Part shown: in pieces, positions 1-12,459 of the stretch
Layout of the letters: every line of letters starts with the position of its first letter
Position numbering within the stretch: position 1 is the first letter of the stretch
Assembly: GCA_014905635.1 (NCBI GenBank)
Contig: JABVCE010000016.1
Coordinates: 1-64,000 of the forward strand
Direction: 5' to 3'
DNA: 64,000 nucleotides
From: Scenedesmus sp. PABB004
Taxonomy: Eukaryota
Notes under the pieces: generated by a model
The model's database searches: none
What the model was told of the DNA's origin: nothing
What the model saw: only the letters and a program-made list of their open reading frames with translations
Translations under genes and position numbers: made by a program

Positions 1-3000
1 CACACACGCGCGCGCGCGCCCACATGCGCGCGACCGCGCCGCGCGTCGCGTCGCCGCGCCGCCGCACCCCGCGGCAGCTCCCTGAACTTGAGGTGCTCCA
101 TGCTGCGCGTCGTCACGAGCGGCTTCTGGGGGTAGTACAGCACAAAACCCTGGCCCAGGGGGGGCGGCAGTTCAGGGCGCGGCGGACGCGGCGGCGGCGG
201 GTCAGGGCGCGCGGCGGCGGCGGTTCAGGGTTCAGGGCGCCGGCGGGGCGGGCGCGGCGGGGCACCCACCCACCCGCCCCACACGCCTTCCCGCCCAGAC
301 CCGCCCGCCCAGACCCACCCGCCCGCCCCGCCCACCCACCCGCCCACCCGCCCACGCACGCCCCGCGCCCACCTGCGTGTCCATGCGCGTCTGGTAGTTG
401 GTCGCGTACATCCCCATTGCTGCTTGCCCATGGCGCTCTGGTAGGTGTTGCGCGGCGACTGGTTGTGGTTCTGGCGGCGGGCGCGCGGGTGTAGGGTTTG
501 TGGGGTTTGTGGGCGGGAGGGAGGGAGGGCAGGGGAGGAGGGGAGCGCGTGAGGGAGGGCGGGAGGGCGGGGACGGGGGCCGGCTGCGTGCAGGGCGGGC
601 GAGGCGCTGCGCGGCGCGGGCGGCGTGGCGCGGCCGCGGCCGCGCGGGTCGGCCGGCTCGCTGCCCCGCAGCGTGCGTACAGCAGCTGACCCGCGCGGCC
701 GCGCCCGTGCAGCCCCCCCGCCGCGCCGCCGCCGCCGCGCCGGCCGCGGGCGCCCCCATCGGCCTTGGCCGGCCCAGGGCCTAGCAGGGTGTGTCTGTGG
801 TCCCCAGGGGGGTTTAGGGCCCCCCAGGGTCCCTGGGTTTAGGGTTTAGGGTTTAGGGCTTGTGGCGCACCCGGGAAGGGTATGATGCTCGCGCAGACGC
901 CGAGTATCATGGCGGGGTGGATCTCGCAGTGCGTGTAGGCCATGCGGTTGGCCTTCTGCGGGGGTTCAGGGGGCAGGGTCCAGGGTTCAGGGCGCGTGTG
1001 GCGGGGCAGGGCGAGCGCGGCGGGGCGGGGGTGAGCGGGGCGCCGGCGGCAGGGCAGGGACGAATGGCGGCGCGCGCGCGCGCAGGTGGAGGGCGGCTGG
1101 CGCGGGCGCGGCGGCACACGCACACGCGCACGCACACGCACACGCACACGCACACGCACACACAGCCACGCCCAAGCAACACGCCAACAACGCATGGCCC
1201 GTCACAGCCCCCCGTCGCGCTCCGCACCGCGTCGCGCTGGAGTGCGAGGTCCTTCATCGTCATCGCGATGAGCGCCGTCTCCTCCTCCTCCGTGTCCACG
1301 TACTCCACAAACCCCCGCGCCACGAGGTGCGCCCAGCCCCACGCCTCGCCGCTGTCCTCGCCCGTGTCGGGGTCGACGATGCGCTCCCTGCGTGCCCCGG
1401 ACGGCGGGACGGCGGGACGCGGCGCGGCGCGGCGCGGCGCGGCGCGGGTCAGAGTAGGGGGTCAGAGGAGGGGGAGACGGCCGGCCTGCGCGCGCGAGCC
1501 CCCCGCCCCACAGGCCAGCGGCCCCAAAACCCCGCCGGCCCTGCGCCCCATCCCTGCCAGGTTGAGCAGCAAGGCGGCGCGGCGTCCCCTCTGCTCGACC
1601 CAGCAGGGAGGTGGCGCAGGGCCGACCCTCAACCCCGCGCAGCACACACGCCCCCCGCTAAACCCTGCCCGCCCCAAGCCCCGCTAAACCCTGCCCATTC
1701 CCCCAAAACCCTGCTCGGCCTCCCGCGCCCCGCCGCGCTAAACCTGTTGATGAGCGCCTCGAGGTGTGGCCGCCTGAACGCGAGCGCGTTGCCCTCCTCC
1801 ACGATGAAGAGCGGGCGCGAGGTGCGGCCGTAGTCGGTGTACAGGCGCAGCTCGCGCAGCGCGTAGTCGTGGATGACGCCGACCTCGGTGTTGACGTCAA
1901 CCTGGGCGCGGGGTGTAGGCGGGGTGTAGGCGGGGGTGAAGGGGGGGGAGGGGGGGTGAAGGGGGGCGCGGGGTGCAGGGGGCGGGCGGGTTTGAGAGGG
2001 GTGACGCGCGCGCGGCGGCCAGAGGGGCAGGAGGGGGCGGCCAGAGGAGGGGAGAGGGGGGAGGGGAGTGCGGTGCGGAGAGCAGGCCATGGCGTGCGCG
2101 CGCGCGTGGGGCGCGCACCTGGCGGCGCAGCGAGCGCAGCGTGCGCACGAGCTCAATCGGGTTGCGGTGGATGCCGACCCACACGCCGTTGAGGAAGACC
2201 TGCGGGCGCAGGGTTCAGGGTTCAGGGCTCAGTTTGGCTCTCAAATAGAAGAGCTGAGGGCGCCCGCGGCGCGCGGCGCGGCGCGGGCGCCAGCCCCGTC
2301 GGCCGCGCCGCGCCGCGCCGCGCGGGGCGGGCTCGGGGGCGCGTGCCTTGGTTGAGGAGGGGATGATGCTGCAGGTGACCTCCTCCAGCGCCTCCGTCGA
2401 CCACTCCTCCAGGAACTCGGCCACCGGCGCGCTCGGCGACCCGATCTGCGCGCCCAGGTGGGTGCAGCGCGGGAGGGGGTGAGGGGAGGGGGGGGGGGGC
2501 AGGGGTCGGTCGGGCGGCGGCCAGGCGCGTGGCGCGGCTCGGCGGCGGCGTGGGCTGGCTCAGTCAAAGGCCTCAGTCCCAAAAGCCCCAAAGGCCCAAT
2601 CAGTCCCACAGGCCCCAATCAGTCTCAAAGGCCCAATCAGTCCCAAAGGCCTCAAAGGCTTAATCCCAAAGGCCTCAAAGGCTTAATCCCTTCCCAGCCT
2701 GCTCTCACCGTGATGTAGGTCATGAGCGCGAGGTTCTTCACCAGCCCCACCGCCTGGCCCTCGGGCGTCTCCGCGGGGCACATCATGCCCCACAGGCTGT
2801 TGTGCAGCTGCCGCGGCTTCGCGAGCTTGCCCTCGCGCCCGATCGGGGAGTTGATGCGCCGCAGGTGGCTCAGCGTCGACGCAAAGGCCAGCCGGTTCAG
2901 CACCTGTGGGCGTGTGTGTTTGTGCGTGCGTGCGTGCGTGTGTGGTTGTGTGTGGGTGCGGGTGTGGGTGGGTGGGGCGTGAGCGTGAGCGTGGGTGTGC

Positions 3001-6000
3001 GGGGAGGGCGGCGCGGCGGCGGCGGCCAGCGCGCGGCGCGGCGGCGCGCCTGGCTGACGCCGGCCTTCATGCCCTGCGTGCCCTGCTGGCCCCAGTTGCC
3101 GGTCGCGAGGCTGTACTTGAGGCCCTTGGTGATGGTGCCTTTGCGCGCGCGTGTGTGTGTGGGGGGGGGGGGGGGGGATGTGTGGGCGGTGTGGGCGCGC
3201 GCGGGCTCACACGCGCGGCGCGGCGCGAGGTGGGGCGGGGCGGCCGGGGTTCGGGGCCGCTGCTCCAAAACCCCAAGAGCCCCGCGCACCCGTCTTGACG
3301 GCGAAGGGGAGGTTGATCTCCTTGCCGCTGTCGACCTGGCGCTGCACGTAGTTCTTGACGTCCTTGCACAGCTTGCTGCGCGCGCGTGGGGCGCGTGGCG
3401 GTGCGGGGGCGGGCGCGCGGGCGTGTGGGCGTCTGTGAATGCAGGGGCGAGTCGCGCGGGCGCGCCGGCAGCGCAGCGCCGCGCCGCGCCCGCCGCCGCC
3501 GCGTGGCGCGCCGCCCGCGGCGGCCCGAGGGCGCGTGGGGCGCCGCGACGGGGCGGCCGCCGGGGGGCCGCGGCGCGCGCCGCGCCCTGCCCCACACAAA
3601 ACCGCCGCCCCGCGCGAAACCGCCCCGCAGAACCCCGCCGCGGCGGTGCGGTGTGGCTCGCCGCCGCACCGGAAGAGCATACGGAAGAGGCCCGCCAGCA
3701 GGGGGCCGCCCAGGTCGAGGCGCTTGTTGCTGTAGTGGTCACGGTCGTCCTCGTGGCGGCGCCCCAGCGCGACGAGCATCAGCCTGGCGCGCGGCGCGAG
3801 TGCGTGATCGCGACAGCGATTGTGTGACGGCGGCGCGCTGCCGGGCACGGGCACCGCGGGAAGCGCGGCCGCCGGCGCGGGCGCGGGCAAGCCAGCCGGG
3901 CCCGCGCCGCCGCTCCTCGCCCGCGCCGCCGGGCCCGCCGCCGCTCCTCTGCTCGCTCCAGCCCCGCCCTCAGCCCTGAGCCCTGAGCCCTCGACCCCGC
4001 GCCGCGCGACCGCCGCCACCCGGCCACGCGCGCCTCCCCGATCGCGCGGCGCCGCCACCGCACAACACCACACCGCCGCGCGCGCGATCACCACCACCAT
4101 CACAGCCCACCTGTGCACCATGTACCCCAGGAAGAAGGCCTTTTTGTTCTCGCAGTACGCCTCGATGCCGATGTGGGGCAGCAGCTCCTTCTGCAGCAGC
4201 TCGCGCGCGTACTCGATGCGCTTCGCGCGCGACACGCCCACCTGGGGGAGTGGAGGTGGAGGTGCGGGTGGAGGGGTGGGCGGGCGTGGGTGGGCGTGTG
4301 AGGGTGTGGTGGGTGTCGTGCGAGCGCCGAGGCGCGCGCGCGGCGCGCCGCGACGCGGCCACGCAGCGCCCCCCCCCCCCCCCCGCCCACACACACACAC
4401 TCGCACACGCACACAGCCCGCGGCCCCGCGCCCGCCGTCGCCCCGCTCTGTAACCTCCCGCCCGCGCGCCCCGCACCTGGCTCGCGCGCTTGCCGATGTA
4501 GTCGAGCGCGAGCGCCTGGCTGTTGATGGGCTGCGCCTCCTCGATGCTCGGCCGCAGCGCCTCCATCATCTCGTGGTCCCCAAAGTCGTACACGATGTGC
4601 TCCAGGATGTCGCGGTCGCTCTGGCGGCGGCGCGGTTTAGGGCGGGCGGGGCGGGGTTTAGGTTCTTGGGGTTTGCGGTTCAGGGCTCAGGGCCTGGGGC
4701 TGAGGTTGGAGCGAGGCGCGGCGCGGCGGGCGCGGGCACGGGCGCCCGCGCGCGGGCGCCCCCAGCGCAGCCCAAGCGCCCTCCCTCCCCGCGCCGCCGC
4801 GGCGCGCGCGGCGCACACCGCCGTGGGCGCGCGGCGCGGCGCGCACCACGGTGCCGAGCGCACGGAAGAGCACCAGCACCGGCACGTCGGCCTTGACGTA
4901 GGGGATGCTCGCGCGGATGACGCTGCCGCCGCCGCCGCCCTTTGGCCCGCCGCCGCCGCCGCCGCCCTTGGCCCCGCCGCCGGCCTTGGGCGCCTTGGCC
5001 GCGAGCTGCTTGACCGCCATGCCGCTGCTCGTGCGCGTGCTGCCCTCGACCATCGACCTGCGGCCCGCCGCGGGCGCGGCGCGGTGCGCGCGGCGGCGCG
5101 TTGTGGGCGTGCGCGCCGCGGCCGGCGGCTGGGGCCTCACCTCTTCCCGCGCCCGCGCGCCCCCCTCATCGTTCCCTCCGGCGCCCTCCCTCCCGCCTGC
5201 ACCCCGGCGGCCAGCCAGGGCCACCACGCCGGCAGCCGCGACGCCCCCCCCCCCCCCCCCACACACGACATCCCACACCTGCACTCAGCGACGTAGAGGT
5301 ACTTTGATGGCTGGCTCTTGCGGAAGACGTACACGTGGTTGGCCGCCATGCGCTCCTGCGCGATGAGGACCTTCTCGCTGCCGTTGATCACAAAGTAGCC
5401 GCCCTGGGCGGTTTAGCGGGGCGGCGGGGCGGCGGGGTTTAGGGGCGAACCCTGAGCCTCAGGGTTCAGGGTTTTGGGGCTCAGGGCGCGAGGAGGTGTG
5501 ACAGAGTGTCGGCGCAGGGGGCGCGCGCGCGGCGTGTGCTCGAGCGTCGGTGGTGGCGCGCTGGCGCGCTGGGAGGGGCGCGGGCTGCGCGGCGCGCGGG
5601 CGCGGCGCGGCGTGGGCGGCGCGCGGGCCGCAGCGGCCAGGCGTCGGGTCGCACCTGGTCGTAGGGGCACTCGCCGAGTGACATGAGGTCGCCGACGGAC
5701 AGGTCCCGCAGCGAGCAGAGCAGGCTCTTGAGCATGATCGGCACCTGTGTGTGTGTGTGGGGGGGGGGGGGGGTTGGCCATGAGGGCGCGCGGCGACGGC
5801 CGCGCGCCGCGCCCCGCCCCCGCGCGCCCCTCCCGCCCACACCCACACACCCACACACCACACCCACCCACCCACCCACCTACCCACACTCCCACACACA
5901 ACCACAGCACACAACCACGACACACGCGCGTGCCCACCTTTGCGAGGAAGACCTTTTCAAACACCTCGCGCGGGTTGGCGACCTCGGGGTCTGGCTGCAT

Positions 6001-7075
6001 CACGCCCTCCTCGTCGGCGCGGTAGTAGGTGACGCTGATGTTGCAGTACATCGGCGCGGAGTAGCTGTGCGAGGCGTGTGTGCGTGTGTGGGGGGGCACG
6101 GGAGGCGCGCGGGGCGCAGCGCGGCGGCAGGGGGCGGCGGCGTGAGGCGGGGCGCAGCAGGGGGCGGCGGCGGCGGCGTGGGGCGGGGTCGGGGGCGGGG
6201 TCGGGGCGCGGCGCGCGCGCGGGGCGCGCGGCCGCGGCGCTGCTGGCGCTGCCGCCGCTGCCAGCCCCGGCTGCTGCTGCCCCCGCCGCTGCCGCTGCGC
6301 GGCGCCTGTGCTGCGCCTGCGCCTGCGCCTGCGCCTGCGCTGCACAGCAGGGAGATGTGCCTGGGGTCACGACACGCGCGGCGCGGCGGGGCATGCGCCG
6401 CGCGCCTGTAACCCCAGGACTGCTGTCGCCTGGCTAGCATAGCGATACATGGCACGGTGGGTGGCCATGCAGCTGCCAATGCAGGCACGGACTTTGCGCT
6501 CGCCGCTGCCGCCGCTGCCGCCGCTGCTGCCGCCGCTGCCGCTGCCGCCGCTGCCGCCCTGCCGCCGCTGCCGCTGCCGCCGCTGCCGCCGCCGCCGCTG
6601 CCGCCGCTGCCGCCACCGCCGCTGCCGCCCCTGCTGCCCCTGCTGCTGCCGGCCCGCCGCCCCGCGGCAGCGGCAGCAGCGGCAGCAGCGCCGGCGGCAG
6701 CGGGCGCGGGCGCGCTCACGTGAGGTTGCGCAGGCGCGCCTCCTTTGGGAAGAGCGCGGCGGTGTCGCCGTCGGGCTCGGTCATGAGGGGCTTTGACATG
6801 AAGATCTGCTCAAACTTGATGCGCACCTCGCGCTCCGCGAGCTCCTCGTCCATGTCCTCGCCCGGGCGGTGCTGCGCCTCGGGCTTGACCACGATCTCGG
6901 GCGTCTCGTCCACGATCTCCTGCATCGTGTTGCTGGTGAACTCGTTGTAGCTGTCCAGCTGCTGCCGCACGAGGCCCTTGTCCTCAAAGTAGGACGAGAT
7001 GACCGCCCACGCGTCCTCCTGCGAGATGGGCGCCTCCTCCTCCGCCTCCAGCTCCTCCTCCGCGCCCCCGAACAT
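1..7075 (-). CDS. RPB2: RNA polymerase II second-largest subunit; multi-exon, 3' part lies beyond the window start
   Basis: Exons encode RPB2 hallmarks: [141 protein letters not shown] at 7075. Confidence 0.98.
835..858 (+). repeat. Interstitial plant-type telomeric repeat (TTTAGGG)3 in an RPB2 intron
   Basis: gggtttagggtttagggtttaggg; another copy near 812 and TTCAGGG variants at ~223, ~965-991, ~2211-2227. Confidence 0.85.
2563..2690 (+). repeat. Degenerate A-rich minisatellite in an RPB2 intron
   Basis: Repeated units such as cagtcccaaaggcccaat and cccaaaggcctcaaaggcttaat. Confidence 0.8.
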
Positions 7076-7496
7076 GCTGCTCGCCGCTCCGGGGCGCGCT
7101 CAGGCGGTCAGGCCCCCGCTCCGCGGCCCGGCGGGCCGCGCGGGCGCGGCGCCGCGCCGCAGGGGCGCTGTGATGGCAGGGGCCTCAGCTGCTGCTGCTG
7201 CCCCCGGCCATGGAGCGCCGCGGGGCCCGGCGCGCGGTGGACAGCGCCTACGCCGTGCCCTCGGGCGCGGGAGACCGGCAGCAGGACGGCGCAGGACGCT
7301 CTCGCGGGCAGCTGCGAGCGGGCGACGCCCCGGGGTGCGTTGCGGGGGCCGTGCGGAGAGCGAGGGCGGCGGCTCACGAGCGGGACAGTGCCCGGGCGAT
7401 CGGGGGAGCGCGGGGGTCGGGGGCCGGGCGGCCGGGGCGGCCGGGGCACAAGGGCTCGGCGCCGCCGTTGCACCGCCGCCGCGCCGCTGCCGCCGC

Positions 7497-9395
7497 TCAA
7501 GCGGCCGCGGCGAGCGCGCCGGGCACCATGGACTGCATGTGGCGCATGAACTTGAACATGCCCACCGCCAGCTCGCGCGGCCCCGCCGGCGGCCGCACCT
7601 CGGCGGGGAACGCGATGCCCGCCCTGCGGGCGCGCGGCGTTCGTTCAGGCGCGGCGCGCGGCGGCGGGGCGCGGCGCGCAGCGGCGGGGCGCGGCGCGCG
7701 GCGCGCGGCGGCGACCGCGCGCGCGCGCACCCGAACAGCCCCGGCAGCGGCGCGCCCGACGCGGCGTCGAGCAGCTGCCCGCTCGCCGCGTCGTACGCCA
7801 CGCCGGGCAGCGCGTTGCCGCCCACGACGACCTCGGGCAGCGGCGCGCGCTTGAAGCCGACCGCGTGGACGACCTTGGTCGCGCCCCACAGCGCGCCGTC
7901 GACCGCCGCGCGCTCGCGCGCCGCGCTGCGGCTCGCGGTGCAGACGCGCGTGAGCCCCGGCGGCGCGCGCGCGGGCGACTCGAGCCGCTCCCGCGCCCAC
8001 TCCGCGGCAATGCCCTTGAGGCCGGTGTTGTCCCGGAAGATCCACGGCGCCCCGCGCTCGTCGGTCCTGCGGCCAGAGGCGTGCACACGCGCGTCGGCGC
8101 GGCGGTCATCGCAGAGCGCGGCGGCCCGCGCCGCCGCGCCACCGCGCCACCGGCTCCCAGCGCCGCCGCGCCACCGGCTCCCAGCGCCGCTGCGCCGCCG
8201 CCCGCCCGCCGCCCGCGCAGTGCGCTGCACGTCCACCCGCCAGCCCGCGCAGTGCAGCGCAGCGCCAGCCCCACCTGTACTCTGCATATAGCAGGGGGTC
8301 GCGGTAGAGATTGACGACACGCGCTGGGCGGCGCTCCGGCGGCAGCTCACACAGCGCCTTCAGCACCAGCACCGCTGAGTGGCTTGACCCCACGACTGCG
8401 ACGACGTCGTCGGGCCCCACCGCGCCGCCCGCGAGCGCGGCCGGGTTGAGCGCGACGTCGAGCGGCAGCTCAGTGGGTGGAGCGGCGCCCGTGCGCGCCG
8501 CGCTCGCGAGGTGCGGGGCGCCGAGGTCGGCGCCCTCGCGCGGCAGCGAGCCTGCGGCGCGCGCGCGGCTGGTCAGGGGGCGGCGGCGCGGCGCCGCACG
8601 CGCTGGCGCTGGCGCTGGCGCTGCGGCGGGGAGGAGGGGGGAGGGCAGGGCAGGGCAGGCGCGCGCCGGCACACCTGTTGCCAGGACGACCGCCTCTGCC
8701 AGGATCGAGGGGCCCCAGCTGCCGCCGCCGCCGCTGTCGCCGCTGCCGCTTGGCGCGTCGTCGTCGTCGCTGCTGCTGCTGCCACCGCCGAGCGCGCCGG
8801 CGGGCGCCGGCTCGACCGTGAGCCGCCACAGCTTGCGCTCGCGCCCGACCTGCGCGGCGCGGCGCGTGAGGCCGGCAGCGGCTCGCCGCCGCCCGCCCGT
8901 GCGCGCACTTCTCCCGTCCGAGGCTGCTGCGAGGCTGCCCCACTGCCCGCCGCGCCCAGGCGCGCGCACCAGCTCGACGCGCGACACCGTGCCCGCCACG
9001 CCGTGCACGCCCGGCGCGCCGAGCAGGCGGCGGCTCAGCGCGCGCACGAGGTCGTGCGCGTGCCCCAGCTCGCAGCCGCGGTCTGGGTCCAGCGCCGCGA
9101 GCGCGGCGACCGACGCGTTGCCCGCGCCGCCAAAGGCATCGCACGCTTCACCGAAGGCGACGAAAAGGTTGGCCTTTGTGTTGCTCGGCACGTGCCGGTA
9201 GCGCGCCAGGCGGCCGCCGTCGAAGCTGGGATCGACCCACGCCAGCCCCGCCGCGCTCGGCGACCCCGCGACGCTGCCGCCCCGCTCTGCGAGCCAGTCG
9301 GCGGCGACGCCGGCCGCGGCGAGGCCCGCGGGCCCGGCTCCCACCACCGCGCAGCGCCGCACGGCGGAGCGCACGGGCGGCAGGTAGGGCAGCAT
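7497..9395 (-). CDS. FAD/NAD(P)-dependent oxidoreductase (pyridine nucleotide-disulfide oxidoreductase-like), multi-exon
   Basis: N-terminal CAVVGAGPAG Rossmann motif, EAVVLATG, second dinucleotide motif VAVVGSSHSA, WIFRDNTGLKG, VVHAVGF, LFG-GIAFP. Exons joined through GT-AG introns. Confidence 0.8.
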
Positions 9396-9739
9396 CCTGC
9401 GTGCCGCTGCTGCTGCTGCCGCTGCGCTCCTGCGGGGCGCTGCTGCTGCCGCTGCGCGCCGCTGCTGCTGCCGCCGCCGGCGCGCGCCTGACGCTTGCAG
9501 GACGGAGCGGTAGAGTTCGGCAGTGCGGCGGGGGGCGCGCAGGAGGGGAGCTGACGAGCCGGGGGCGGCGGTTCGAGCGAGAGCGCAACCGCCGCGGTTG
9601 CTCTTGCGCTGCGCGTGAAAGGCACAGTCACTCAGGCTGCGTTGAGCAGGCAGATGAAATTGCTCAGAGAAGCAGTCTCTTGGCAGAGCAGAGCTCGCTG
9701 ACCAGCAACACCGACCGCGCCAGCTCGCGCAAGCTGCTC

Positions 9740-11183
9740 TCACCGCGCCTCGCCGCCGCCGGTGGCCGGGCAGGCGCCGCAGCAGCAGCCGCCGGCGGCG
9801 CGCGCGCGGCGCATGAGCAGCGCCGCCTGCACGATGAGGTGCTGCGCGCCCGCCGCGGCGGCGTCGGCCTCGGTGCGGCGGCGCTTGACGTCGGCGCGCG
9901 CCGCGTCGACCTCCGCCGACTCGTCGAGGCAGTGCGCCACGACCGCCGCCAGCGCGGCGCCGGGGGCGGGCGCGTCAGACCCGGCCAGCAGCAGCTCCAC
10001 GACCGCGCCGGGGCGGCGCCGGCCGAGCTCCTTGGCGATCAGGGCGAAGCAGCGCCCGTGCCCCGCGGCCGCGGCCGTCTTGGCGGCGCGCGCGAGCACG
10101 GCCTCGTGGTCCGCGCCGGGCGGCGCGCGCTCGAGCAGCAGCGCCACGACCGCCGCGTGCCCGCGCCGCGCCGCGAGGTACAGTGGCGTCCAGCCCTGGC
10201 CGTCGGCCGCGAGCGCCGCGGGCGGGCCCGCGGCGTCGAGCAGCACCTCCGCCACGGCCGCATGCCCGCTCCAGGCAGCGAGGTGCATCGGCGTCGAGCC
10301 GTGCGTCGTCGTCGCGGCGGCGCGCCGCGCGGGGGCGCCGGCGAGCAGCAGCCGCACGACGGCCGCGTGGCCCTGCTCCGCGGCGGCGTGCACGGCGGTG
10401 AAGCCCGCGCCGACGGCGCGGCCGACGTCGGCGCCCGCGGCGAGCAGGGCCGTCACGATGCCCGCGTGCCCGCGCCGCGCGGCCATGTACAGGGCGGTGA
10501 AGCCGTCCGCGTCGGCGCCCGCGCAGGCGACCGCGCCCGCGGCCAGCAGCGCCGCGACGACGCCGCCGCGCCCCGACTGCGCCGCGAGGTGCAGCGGGCG
10601 CACCGCGTGCTGCGCGCGCCGCGGCGGCGGCGGCGGCGGCGGCGGCGGTCGCGCGTGAGCTGCGCATGCGCAGCTCGCGCCCTGCGCAGCGCGCGGGGCG
10701 GCAGGGGGCTGGCACGGCCGCGGCGCTGCAGGCAGTGCACACTGCAGCCACGCACGTTGTCCTGCGCCTCCACGCACGCGCCCGCGCCGAGCAGGAGCGC
10801 CACGACGCCCTCGTGCCCGTTCTGGCTGCTCCAGTGCAGCGGCGTCCAGGACTCGTCGTCGCGCGCGTGCACGCTCGCGCCCGCGGCCAGCAACTCGGCG
10901 GCGACCTGGCGCGGGGCGCGGGGCGCGGCGGCGCGCGTGCACCGGCTCGCGCGCGAGCCGGTCGCGGCGTGCGGCGGCGGCTGCGCGCTTGGGGCGTCGC
11001 TCGTACCTCCGCGTGGCCCTGCTGAGCTGCCCACAGCAGCGGCGTCGCGCCGCGCGCGTCGGCGAGCTCCAGGTGCGCGGCGGCGCCGTCCGCGAGCAGC
11101 GCCCGCACGTCGGCCACCACGCCCTTGCGTGCGGCGCGGTGGAGTCTCATGTGCTCGGTGGTTGGGAGCGACATTGCGGACAT
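9740..11183 (-). CDS. Ankyrin-repeat protein, multi-exon
   Basis: Repeated ankyrin consensus: GATPLLWAAQQGH, WTPLHWSSQNGH, GFTALYMAARRGH, GSTPMHLAAWSGH, GWTPLYLAARRGH. Confidence 0.92.
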
Positions 11184-12459
11184 TGAGGGCTGCGGCGCCG
11201 GCGCGGGGCGTCGGCAGCGGCGGCCGCGCTGCCAGCGGCCGCGCCGCGCAATGGCGCGCGCTGGCTGCCACGCCGCCTGGCGCAAAGGGCAGAGAGATCT
11301 GCGTCACACCTCTGGGCCGCCTGCCGTGGCCGGTCGGAGCACGGCCGCGCCACGGCGCCGCCCGCTGGCGCCACCGCGCGCCGGGGCCGATGGCCGCTGT
11401 TTCAAGCTCAGCCCGCACTCTCCGAGTCGCTTCAAGCTTCTTGGGGGGCGTGCCGCGTGATTGCGACATCCGCGCGTGAGGGAGCGCGCGGTGCGGCCCT
11501 GGCGAGCCGGGGCTCGAGCCCCGCCCGCCAGCCCTGTCCCGCGCCGGGCGTCGCCAAGGCCGGCGCAGGTGGCAGAATCGCAAGCCACTGCAACTCCGAG
11601 TTCAGAGCGCGCCCCCGCGCTCGTGTGCAAAAGTTGACTTTGACGGGGGCGGCGCTGCGTCGCGCCGCCCCTGCCCCGCTTGCAGCCCCCGCGCCGCCCA
11701 CGCCTCGCCAGTGCGCTTGAACTCACCTCCGGCGCAGCCCCCGCCAGCTTGACCACGCGCAGCGGGCGCCGCCACCTGCCGCGCTGCGCGCGAGGGAGAG
11801 GCGATCGGCCGGGCCGCGCCGGGCAGCGCGCAGCCGTCCCCGAGCGGTGCGGCACGTCGCAGGCCGCGGGCGGGGCAGCCCAGCGCGGCCCCTGCGCGCT
11901 GGCGCCGGCGCCGAGCAGCTGCGCCCGCCGCCGTGCCGCGCGCCAGGTCTTCTCTGTCTCTCGGCGCGCCGCCCACGAGGAACAGCGCCACACGCCCGGC
12001 CGGCATGCCAGGTGAGGTCCCGCCCGGCAAGGGCGGCGCACGGGTCGCGGCCCGCCGCGCGCCGCGCGGCGCGTGCCACCGCACGCGGCGCAGGGCCCAG
12101 CGCGCGGCGCCGCCGGCCCGGCGGCGACCGTGTCAGGCTCCGCCGCGCGGCCCCACAACCCAGCCCTCCCTACAGCCCGCCCCAGCGCCGCCGCGGCCCG
12201 CGCGACGCCGCCAGCGCGCGCCGCGCTGAGGATGCAGCGCCGGCACGGCGCCGCCGGGCGGCCCGCCGCTCGCCTCGCCCCGGCTGCCGTGGCATCATGA
12301 GCGCCAATGGGCGACGATTCGCGCACGCCGCTCCCGCGAACGGCCGCAGGGCGCCGCGCCTGAGCGGCCCGCAGGATGCACAGGCCCCTCCCCGGCTGCC
12401 CCGCACCCCTTGGATCGCGCGGTGGGCGCCAGGCGGCGCTCTGTGACGCCGGGAGGCCG

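Noticed and set aside
2563..2690. CRISPR-like appearance of a repeat array
   Set aside because: No unique spacers, eukaryotic intron, no cas genes.
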